In this document: one piece after another, positions 1-7,228 of the stretch
Layout: every line of letters begins with the position of its first letter
How positions within the stretch are numbered: position 1 is the stretch's first letter
UHGV virus genome: UHGV-0382895
DNA: 40,005 nt
Reading direction: 5' to 3' (one strand)
DNA from: a virus
Notes under the pieces: model-generated
Database searches by the model: none
What the model saw: only the letters and a program-made list of their open reading frames with translations
What the model was told of the DNA's origin: nothing
Program-made: the position numbers and the translations under genes

Positions 1-694
1 GGTAGTACCAGGCGCCCTTGTACTGATACCAGGTGTCGGTGACCATGTGTCCCGCGCCGTCAAACCAGTACCACTTGCCGTCCGTGTCCAGGTACCAGCT
101 GTTGCGGACACACTCCCCGGTGTTACCCAGGAAGAAACTCCAAGCCCCATCTGCGGCCTGCCCCCAACCGGATTTCTTCGGCTGCTCCGGCTCCGCTACC
201 GCGTCATCCTGTATGTATCTACGCACGCATACCAGCCCCTTACGCCATCCGCCCGAGGCCCAGGAGTTGTAACGGCTCCTGCAGTAGGCGGTCAGGTCCT
301 TATAGGATGGCCTGCCGCTGCCGTGGCCACAGATGATGCCGTTACCACAGTACATCTCCACGTGGCCTATCCTGAGTGGCCTGGAAGCATCCGTGCCGGC
401 AAACAGCAGCATGTCCCCTGGCCGTAGCCTGGACGTATCCGGGATACCCTGGGCTATGTCCGCATCCACCGTGGTCAGCTTGTTGGACTGGTAGATGCCT
501 GCGGTGTTAAGATTCCCAAATCCCAGTCCTACCGCCTCATAAGTCCGGCAGATGGAGCTGCTGCAGTCACTGTAATAGTTGCCATCCTTGTATGCCTTAT
601 AGCAGTAGTCCCTCAGGGACTGGCTGTATAGGTTGCGGCCTATAATCCCTGCATACTTGTCGATTACGGCCTGTCTCCTTAATGATGCTGTCAT
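1..694 (-). CDS. Endolysin, N-terminal part (NlpC/P60 cysteine peptidase domain plus first cell-wall-binding repeats); ORF runs off the window start and continues in frame at 39857..40005
   Basis: ATG at 694..692 overlaps the TGA of the upstream gene (ATGA). Translation gives MTASLRRQAVIDKYAGIIGRNLYSQSLRDYCYKAYKDGNYYSDCSSSICRTYEAVGL...GDMLLFAG...GHVEMYCGNGIICGHG, a Cys/His/His NlpC/P60 signature. This is followed by GAWSFFLGNTGECVRNSWYLDTDGKWYWFDGAGHMVTDTWYQYKGAWYY choline-binding-type repeats. There is no stop before position 1. The ORF is absent from the track because it has no in-window stop. Confidence 0.8.
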   Translation of the reverse strand, partial: MTASLRRQAVIDKYAGIIGRNLYSQSLRDYCYKAYKDGNYYSDCSSSICRTYEAVGLGFGNLNTAGIYQSNKLTTVDADIAQGIPDTSRLRPGDMLLFAGTDASRPLRIGHVEMYCGNGIICGHGSGRPSYKDLTAYCRSRYNSWASGGWRKGLVCVRRYIQDDAVAEPEQPKKSGWGQAADGAWSFFLGNTGECVRNSWYLDTDGKWYWFDGAGHMVTDTWYQYKGAWYY

Positions 695-3489
695 GTCGTA
701 CCTCCATTTCTTATCGCGTCAATCTGTGCCTGTAAATCCGCTATCACCGCCCGGGTATCCTGCACGTACTCCATCCCCGCATCCGGTTCCGGCCCTCCTG
801 CGGTGATGGTCACATGTGTCACTCCCTTATAGGTGGTAAGGGCGTTCAGGGCGGACTGGGTGGCGGCAGGGAGGGGTTCCCAGGTGGGTGTGGCCCGCTC
901 AAATATTGCGGTTATGGGGTTGGATGCAAGATAAGCTTTAAATGCATCGGCCCCTCCCGCACTGCAATCATCTATATATACCATAATCCGTCCGGCTACA
1001 TTAGATGATATACCATCAGTACACCTATAGGTGTCACCGCTTGCCTCCCCTGGCAGTTTGTCACACAATATCTTTATTGCTACGTCTGGGTCGTTTTCAT
1101 GTTTAATAACATCTTCATATTCTCCAAGCCAAAAACGATTCTTATTTGCATACCCTGTATTCGATGCAATCCAATTTTCACTGCCGCTAAAAATCAACGG
1201 TATGAACTGCCGCTCAATGCCCCATACGCCGTCCCTGCACATTATCCTGTCCCTGTAATCCCCGATACCACGTAACGGCTCCGTCAGGGTGATGGTTGCG
1301 GTGCAGGATTGGTAGGGCTGCCAGGGGAGGGGTGTATCACCAGCGTTAAGCATAGGATACACGATTTCATTGATATCCGATAATCCTTGATATATATAGA
1401 TAAAGTATTCTATTTTCGTTTCAGTGCCGTTCACAATAAAAGCAGTGTCATTGATAACATCAGCCCTGCCATCGCTATACCATTTTTTTGCTTTAACAAA
1501 TATTTTTGTGTCAGCTATCGGAACACTCCCGCTGACATAATAAGTCCCAGGCGAAAGATTGGTTGAAACAACAATTGAATGAGCCAGTTTTTCCAACGTA
1601 TTTCCGGTCACCAAAATACCCCCATCCTCCCTAATGGAAAATGTCACTTCGTTATGGGTTCTTGCTAACTTGGATGTATCCATCAACTGCGCACCCGTCA
1701 CCATCACATCCAGTGTCTGCGGATAATCTGGCGATGGGCTGGGTTTGCCGCCGGTGTATGGCTCCCAATCAGCATCTGTCGGGAGTGTTTCTTTCATCCA
1801 TACCATAGGCACTATAGTTCCTGGCACGATTGTCTTGCCAGATTGGCCATATACATCAATCGTAAGGTATACATCTTCAACGGCTAAATCGGCTTCCGTT
1901 ATTTCAATTGCGGCACCAGTGGAACTTCTAATCGCTTTGGTTATGCCTGTCCCCTGAATTATAAAATCCATTAGTGGATACACCGGTGAAAACGTCATGC
2001 TGTATATTCCTGGTTTCACAAGCATTAGAGTTTCTTCTTTGGAATATCTATATCGACAGAAATATTCTTCCGTCAGATTCCCACTTCCACTGACTATAAA
2101 GCTTCCATCTCCATTGTTGGTTACGGTTGCGCCTCCCGCTGACTTAGTTGGTATCTTACTAGCATCAAACAACTGCGCCCCCGTACTCACCGTCCCCGTG
2201 CTGATGATAGGCTGCGGATAATCCAGGCTGGGGGATGGCTTGACGCCGGTGTAGGGTTCCCATGGCTTGGGCGTGGAACCTGCATGGAGCATGGGACTGA
2301 AGACCAGGGGACCGGATGCATTGTTGCCTATGGTTATGGCAAGGGAAAGGGTCTGTCCGTCCTTAACTGTCAACGTGTCACCGTCACCGATATCATATGC
2401 ATATGCATAACTGGTACCATCGGACGTATTTATATACCCCTTGATTACGTAGGTCGATTTATCACCACCGTCTGGACAGCCTGAAATATAATAATCCCCG
2501 GATGGGACGGAAAGTCTATCGCTAAGATAGAAAGTGGCATTACCACCTGTAGCAGTTCCGGTAGCAAGTATGGCGCCATCTGGATTTGGGTTGAACGTTA
2601 CTCCATTGGAGGTACGAGCCGACAATGATGGTATATCCAGCATCTGTGCCCCGGTCGTGGAAAACTGCCCACTCTCTCCGCTTATCCGCAGGTCCGTCAC
2701 CGGCGCTTCCCACGCATCCTCCACCGTAACCCGGCCCACACCGGATGCGGTGCCAATCAGGGCATTGGCGTACTTAGTGTCGGTCTCCCGGCGGTTGTAG
2801 CCCACGAAGGTCTCCTTCTGGCTCTCCACGTATGCCTTATTGGCATCCAGTGCCTTGACGGATGCGGCGGCGGACTCAGCGGCTGCCGTAGCGGAACCGG
2901 CGGCGGCTGTCTTACTGGCCTGGGCATCATTGGCATGGCCCTGGGCGGTGGATACCTGGGCTTCCATCTGCGCTACGAACTGCTCATACCAGGACGGGTC
3001 TGGTTCCGGGATACCACCGCCGATGTCCAGGCCGTCATGGATGGTGTAGGATGTGGGCAGGGTCTTCCATGTCACGCGCTCTCCCATGCTGTTGGTGCCG
3101 GTCGCATATATCATCATCTGTACCCGGTCCGGCTCCTGGGTGGCCTGCGCCGGTACCTGCCAGCATATCCTGACATAGTTGTCCGACTTGGACACGTTGC
3201 AGGGTACGCTGTCACTGCCGCCATACACCGTCTGGTAGTGGATGTACAGGTGTGCGGCGGTGAGGTCCAGGCCGTCATCATACCGCGGCAGCTGGAAGCC
3301 CACGAACTGGGCATTCCGTTCGCCCCTGACCGATATCTGGTCGTTGAAGTCCGCAATGCGCTTGTTGGTGACCGGGACATACTCCGGCTCCACGTACAGC
3401 GTATATGACGGATAGTTATTGTCCTTGCTCCATGTCTCATCCCCGGCCGCATAAGCCTGTCTTGTCAGTATCTCATCTACAGTTGCCAT
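691..3489 (-). CDS. Tail fiber or receptor-binding protein, 932 aa. N-terminal anchor domain, Ala-rich coiled-coil stalk, three tandem beta-rich modules of about 190 aa joined by P/S-rich linkers (PWEPYTGxKPSPSxDYPQ), and a distinct AT-richer C-terminal domain
   Basis: Large ORF with internal protein repeats (GAQ[ML][LF]D...S[KL]...GVTF/ATVT...DG.I..G) and matching DNA repeats near 1695-1770 and 2180-2265. It sits in the tail-tip region. No recognisable catalytic motif. Confidence 0.6.
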   Translation of the reverse strand: MATVDEILTRQAYAAGDETWSKDNNYPSYTLYVEPEYVPVTNKRIADFNDQISVRGERNAQFVGFQLPRYDDGLDLTAAHLYIHYQTVYGGSDSVPCNVSKSDNYVRICWQVPAQATQEPDRVQMMIYATGTNSMGERVTWKTLPTSYTIHDGLDIGGGIPEPDPSWYEQFVAQMEAQVSTAQGHANDAQASKTAAAGSATAAAESAAASVKALDANKAYVESQKETFVGYNRRETDTKYANALIGTASGVGRVTVEDAWEAPVTDLRISGESGQFSTTGAQMLDIPSLSARTSNGVTFNPNPDGAILATGTATGGNATFYLSDRLSVPSGDYYISGCPDGGDKSTYVIKGYINTSDGTSYAYAYDIGDGDTLTVKDGQTLSLAITIGNNASGPLVFSPMLHAGSTPKPWEPYTGVKPSPSLDYPQPIISTGTVSTGAQLFDASKIPTKSAGGATVTNNGDGSFIVSGSGNLTEEYFCRYRYSKEETLMLVKPGIYSMTFSPVYPLMDFIIQGTGITKAIRSSTGAAIEITEADLAVEDVYLTIDVYGQSGKTIVPGTIVPMVWMKETLPTDADWEPYTGGKPSPSPDYPQTLDVMVTGAQLMDTSKLARTHNEVTFSIREDGGILVTGNTLEKLAHSIVVSTNLSPGTYYVSGSVPIADTKIFVKAKKWYSDGRADVINDTAFIVNGTETKIEYFIYIYQGLSDINEIVYPMLNAGDTPLPWQPYQSCTATITLTEPLRGIGDYRDRIMCRDGVWGIERQFIPLIFSGSENWIASNTGYANKNRFWLGEYEDVIKHENDPDVAIKILCDKLPGEASGDTYRCTDGISSNVAGRIMVYIDDCSAGGADAFKAYLASNPITAIFERATPTWEPLPAATQSALNALTTYKGVTHVTITAGGPEPDAGMEYVQDTRAVIADLQAQIDAIRNGGTT

Positions 3490-3821
3490 GCCTGTCCGCT
3501 CCCCCTCTCCTGTTTGATTGTGATTAGGTTGGTTGTTATCCGCTGGCCATTGTCCCTCTGACCGACCACGCCAACCTTGAATGTGTCATAGGCTGCCACC
3601 TCATCCGGGACGATGCAGGCACCATCCTTAATCAGCCTGCCGACCTCCCGGGACTGTAAGTACGGATAGAAGGCCGCCACCTGGACAGTCCCGTCCCAGT
3701 CCTTATCAAATTCAAACATTGCCTGCAGATAACCGGATGTGCCAGCAATAATATTTGAAAAATCACAGCCAGGAGCCCTCGTCAACTCCTGGCCAGATAC
3801 TCGAAATCTCAATGTCCTCAT
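3477..3821 (-). CDS. Hypothetical protein, 114 aa, translationally coupled to the fiber gene (possible fiber chaperone or assembly protein)
   Basis: RBS AGAGAGG six nt upstream of the ATG. Its 3' end overlaps the start of the 932-aa gene by 13 nt. Confidence 0.5.
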   Translation of the reverse strand: MRTLRFRVSGQELTRAPGCDFSNIIAGTSGYLQAMFEFDKDWDGTVQVAAFYPYLQSREVGRLIKDGACIVPDEVAAYDTFKVGVVGQRDNGQRITTNLITIKQERGSGQAWQL

Positions 3822-3835
3822 TCCGCGCCTCTCTT

Positions 3836-3851
3836 GTTGCGATATCGCAAC
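3836..3851. repeat. Palindrome GTTGCGATATCGCAAC, copy 1 of 4 (intergenic, lysis/fiber region)
   Basis: Perfect 16-bp palindrome. Confidence 0.7.
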
Positions 3852-4102
3852 TACTGCACTCCGGGTCCATGGTCATCATCACCTGTAATCCCGCCTGCTG
3901 GCTTGGATGGTACCACTGTCACAGGCACGTCCTTCGGTGTAGGTGCCGTCGGCTTATCCTTCCGCCCGTCTGCTTTGCCAGTAGCTGGACCGGTAGTCAC
4001 GGTGGTCTTATCCTGCGCGCCCTTCGGCCTTGCCTTCTGTGCTACGTCATTCCTTCTCTGTTCTGCTGTCCTCTTGTCTGCGTGTCCTCTTAATACTGCC
4101 AT
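3851..4102 (-). CDS. Hypothetical low-complexity K/P/T-rich protein, 83 aa, predicted disordered
   Basis: RBS AGAGAGG about 9 nt upstream of the ATG. Composition-biased sequence (…KPTAPTPKDVPVTVVPSKPAGG…). Confidence 0.45.
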   Translation of the reverse strand: MAVLRGHADKRTAEQRRNDVAQKARPKGAQDKTTVTTGPATGKADGRKDKPTAPTPKDVPVTVVPSKPAGGITGDDDHGPGVQ

Positions 4103-4129
4103 GATATGTACCTCTCTTTCTATGTAGGT

Positions 4130-4381
4130 TTAATGGGTTGCCTGTTTCAGTTCCTTCAGCTTCTCATCTGCCTCGATGGCCGCCTGGGTAAAGCTGTTGT
4201 TCTTCCACCACGCTGCGAGGGATGCCGCCACGGTCAAGGCCGCCGTCACTCCTTCATATACTGCCTCATTGGCCCACGGCAGGGGATTATATCCTCCCAT
4301 AGTCAATACCTGGTTAATTAAGGCTACGACCAGCACCACGGTTCTTGCGATTGTTGCTTTGTCTACTTTTTTCATATACAT
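4130..4381 (-). CDS. xhlB: Holin, XhlB / SPP1 holin family (phage_holin_4_1-like)
   Basis: IARTVVLVVALINQ...LAAWWKNNSFT closely matches B. subtilis XhlB IRTVLLLIALINQ...LAAWFKNNYVT. Two TM segments, 83 aa, immediately downstream of the XhlA-like gene. Confidence 0.8.
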   Translation of the reverse strand: MYMKKVDKATIARTVVLVVALINQVLTMGGYNPLPWANEAVYEGVTAALTVAASLAAWWKNNSFTQAAIEADEKLKELKQATH

Positions 4382-4393
4382 TTCCTCTCTTTC

Positions 4394-4627
4394 TCAATGG
4401 AATAATCCCTGCTGGATGGCGTAAAAAAAGAAGCCTATCAGGGATGTGGCTACCATGCCAATCAGTCCATATATGCTCCTTGTCTGCTTCTCCAGCTTGT
4501 CACACAGATTGTCAATCTTCACATCCCGGGCCGCCTCATGTATCTCCAGCTGGTCCAGCCGGTCCGCATGGTTGTTGATACGCTTCTCATGGGTGTCCAG
4601 TTTTTCCTTTAACAGTTCCTCATTCAC
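4394..4627 (-). CDS. xhlA: XhlA-like hemolysin or lysis accessory membrane protein (N-terminal coiled coil, C-terminal TM helix)
   Basis: 77 aa. Coiled-coil N-terminus (DRLDQLEIHEAARDVKIDNLCDKLEKQ) plus C-terminal TM helix (IYGLIGMVATSLIGFFFYAI). Sits directly 5' of the XhlB-like holin, as in PBSX. Confidence 0.65.
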   Translation of the reverse strand: MNEELLKEKLDTHEKRINNHADRLDQLEIHEAARDVKIDNLCDKLEKQTRSIYGLIGMVATSLIGFFFYAIQQGLFH

Positions 4628-4763
4628 ATTTTAATACCTCACCTTTCTTTAGGATAAGCTTAAGCAGTTAAAACCGCTTCGACCTCTGCCCTGATTCGTT
4701 CCGGGACCTGGTCGGTTGTCCTTAATCCTTTCCGGATTAAGTCCGCATATACCTTAGCCATAC

Positions 4764-5108
4764 CTACACCCCCAATCCTTCATAGATTTCTGCAAGTGCC
4801 AGCTGGGTATTGGTCACTTCCTCCTGTAATGCAAGGTTGGCCTCATTCTGCGCTGCAAGTGCCAGCTGGGCGGCGGTCAGTTCTTCCATTAGCTGGGATA
4901 CCTGCTTCTGCAGGCGCCCGATATCGGACTCTGGTGGATAGTTATACACAGGCTGTGGGTTGGCAGCATCCGTCACGTCAATGCGTTCCAGGGTTGCCCC
5001 GTCCGGGATATCCACCCACATGCACTGCAGTCCCTGCGGTACTGAATCCTCTCCGTAGATGATGGACCATATGCGGCCTGTGGAATCATAGATTACTAAT
5101 GCTCTCAT
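4764..5108 (-). CDS. Hypothetical protein, 114 aa, in the position of PBSX XkdW-like proteins upstream of the lysis genes
   Basis: ORF with RBS AAGGAG. C-terminal coiled-coil-like region (AAQLALAAQNEANLALQEEVTNTQLALAE). Confidence 0.5.
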   Translation of the reverse strand: MRALVIYDSTGRIWSIIYGEDSVPQGLQCMWVDIPDGATLERIDVTDAANPQPVYNYPPESDIGRLQKQVSQLMEELTAAQLALAAQNEANLALQEEVTNTQLALAEIYEGLGV

Positions 5109-5109
5109 G

Positions 5110-5138
5110 TTGTTTTCACGCTCCTTTTCTGATATAAT
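5110..5138 (+). promoter_or_regulatory. Sigma-A-like promoter with extended -10 (TTGTTT-17-TGaTATAAT) facing the plus-strand moron
   Basis: tgatataat at 5130-5138 (TGnTATAAT), with TTGTTT 17 bp upstream. Sequence reading only. Confidence 0.4.
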
Positions 5139-5218
5139 GCTCTAATCCCTATGGGGTTTGGGGTAACTATTTTCTTATTGTTTCGATAATAAAGATTACG
5201 GGAAGCTGGGAAGGGTAT

Positions 5219-5647
5219 GTGCCGATATCAACTGACCTATATTACAAAGGGGCAAACACTGCCAATTTTAAATTTGGCGCAGTGCTTGGTCATGCTCAGA
5301 ATGGCTCTGTTGCATTTGATACGGCCCAAATAACATGCGAAACCGGAACGGGTGGCGCGTATGCCTGTAGCTGTTTATACCCCAGCGCGGCATACAACCT
5401 AACGCCTTACAGTTCATTGAAGGTGGATTTTAGGAATGGTCTCGGGAGGATTGAAGCATCAGCAACTAAGTTGCTTTACGGGGCCAGCTTATCAGTTTTA
5501 TGCGAACGTCCATTGGCTGCAACCATAAGTGGCAATACATTATCATTTGACATCAGCAATATCAATGCAACGAGATACTTAGCGCTTTATCTATACGGGA
5601 CTACAGGTAGGGCTATTTTTTACCTTGATAGGATTTATTTTACGTGA
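5219..5647 (+). CDS. Hypothetical beta-rich protein, 142 aa. Reverse-oriented moron inside the tail/lysis operon with its own promoter
   Basis: Only long ORF in a 540-bp gap of the minus-strand operon. GTG start preceded by GGGAAGGG. Extended -10 promoter upstream. Local AT-richness. Ends convergently, abutting the stop of 5648..6364. Confidence 0.4.
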   Translation: MPISTDLYYKGANTANFKFGAVLGHAQNGSVAFDTAQITCETGTGGAYACSCLYPSAAYNLTPYSSLKVDFRNGLGRIEASATKLLYGASLSVLCERPLAATISGNTLSFDISNINATRYLALYLYGTTGRAIFYLDRIYFT

Positions 5648-6364
5648 CTAACTGAAATAAATACGTTTGATTGACCCCCTGAACCTGTAGACAAACAGAT
5701 TCACGGCACCCGTCACACTCAATCCTCCAAGAGGGTACCTTACGTTCTGTTCGCCGTAAAAGTTCAGGAAATTCATGTCCACACTGCCTTCAGGGTAGAT
5801 GTTGATTCCGTTGATTTGTATGCCCGATGAGAATCCCGCCCCGCTCCCTATAGACTCAGTTCTGTTGAGCAGGACATTTACATAATTCCATGGTCCCGTG
5901 TTATATGGCTGGCTGCTTCTTATTTCCATGTTCAGGGCTGAATTGGTACAATTTACGGTAATCTGGCCGCTGTCAAATACAACGACATTGGGGTATGCAC
6001 TTGGCGCAAACCCTGCGGCATTGTCACCATAGCGGTACAGTTCTCCGTTTCCGGCAACCCAGCCCTCGAAACTTCCCGTAATCTTTATTCCAAACACATT
6101 GTACACATATCCCTTTTTTAACACATTCGCGGGCGGTGGGGTAAATCCCGGCACCACTACATTACCGGTCAGATACCCGCCACCATTCAGTGTCTGCTGG
6201 GACGTTGTCGGCGTGATGGTCCTCCCAGCGATATCCGGCATGGTGCCGCTTATCGGATTCCCATCCTTATCTATGATTGTCTTTCCTTTACGCACATCAG
6301 CGGCCGTTGCCGTCACTGGGTCAAGGTCAGCCCCACCGCCATAAGGTATCCAGATATCACTCAT
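5648..6364 (-). CDS. Tail-associated structural protein, hypothetical (238 aa, Gly/Asn-rich, beta-rich)
   Basis: ORF in the tail-tip region. Overlaps the next gene by 8 nt. Confidence 0.55.
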   Translation of the reverse strand: MSDIWIPYGGGADLDPVTATAADVRKGKTIIDKDGNPISGTMPDIAGRTITPTTSQQTLNGGGYLTGNVVVPGFTPPPANVLKKGYVYNVFGIKITGSFEGWVAGNGELYRYGDNAAGFAPSAYPNVVVFDSGQITVNCTNSALNMEIRSSQPYNTGPWNYVNVLLNRTESIGSGAGFSSGIQINGINIYPEGSVDMNFLNFYGEQNVRYPLGGLSVTGAVNLFVYRFRGSIKRIYFS

Positions 6365-6812
6365 TTGCGCTCACCCCCACTAATTTAATATTAAAATCAG
6401 ATGTCGGTTTCTTCTTCGGGCAGACGAATACAGCCTGCCCATCCAATGCCTTCCCGGCCTTAACCAAGGCCCCCATCTTGTCCCATGTGTTGGCCGTTGC
6501 AACAGCCGTATCCGTCTTAATGGCAGACATCATCTGCACCTTATCCGTCTCCTTAAGGCCAGGGACGTCAACCGTCTGCGTATATGGGGCGGACGCGCTC
6601 CAGCCGGATACCCGGAGGGTCAGTTCGACCTCGCGGGTCATGCGGTTGATTTCGCCCGTGATGGCGTTGATATCCTCTGGTCCGAATATGTCACCTTCCT
6701 GGGCATATTCTGTGACATCCAGTATCTCAGACTTCCCCTGTGCATCCGTGTTTATCTGATACTTTCGGTTCCCCTCAAAGACATCCGCCCTATAGTCTGT
6801 TTTAAGTGCCAT
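6357..6812 (-). CDS. Tail-associated hypothetical protein, 151 aa
   Basis: Tightly packed ORF in the tail module. Confidence 0.5.
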   Translation of the reverse strand: MALKTDYRADVFEGNRKYQINTDAQGKSEILDVTEYAQEGDIFGPEDINAITGEINRMTREVELTLRVSGWSASAPYTQTVDVPGLKETDKVQMMSAIKTDTAVATANTWDKMGALVKAGKALDGQAVFVCPKKKPTSDFNIKLVGVSANE

Positions 6813-6814
6813 AT

Positions 6815-7228
6815 TTACCTCCTGTTCCCTATCATTTTTGTACCTGCCTTAAACGCCAGGCGCTGCTGGCCGCTCACCATGCTGGCATACATATCCCCCA
6901 GGTCCTTAAGTATCCGTTCGATATCATTGGCCTGATAGATGCTGCTGTATGTGATTTTTACCGGGGTGGCCGGGGTACTGCCCTTGGTATGATAAGCCGC
7001 ACGGAGTTTCCTGATATTATCCAGTAACCGCGACATCTCCGTATCCGTCCGGAAGTCCTCCATCCCCCACACCTTGGTCCGTATTTCAACGTGCAGCAGC
7101 CCAGCCAGGAGCCCACAGGCCTCCTCCACACGGTTCAGATCCGTATAGGCTATATACGCCCTGTCCGTATCATTGGCCAGGTCATCCGCCGTCCTGTCCG
7201 TTATCAGCATGTCTAATACCGTACTCAT
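6815..7228 (-). CDS. Tail-associated hypothetical protein, 137 aa
   Basis: Tightly packed ORF. Its stop overlaps the start of the upstream gene (7225..7228). Confidence 0.5.
   Translation of the reverse strand: MSTVLDMLITDRTADDLANDTDRAYIAYTDLNRVEEACGLLAGLLHVEIRTKVWGMEDFRTDTEMSRLLDNIRKLRAAYHTKGSTPATPVKITYSSIYQANDIERILKDLGDMYASMVSGQQRLAFKAGTKMIGNRR

Noticed and set aside
33-427. Plus-strand ORFs 33..272 and 47..427 at the window start
   Set aside because: They are antisense to a much better supported minus-strand NlpC/P60 lysin ORF with a coupled start at 694 and clear catalytic motifs.
3114-3452. 112-aa minus-strand ORF in an alternative frame within the fiber gene
   Set aside because: It overlaps the fiber ORF entirely, is Arg/Thr/Ser-rich low complexity, and has no start context.
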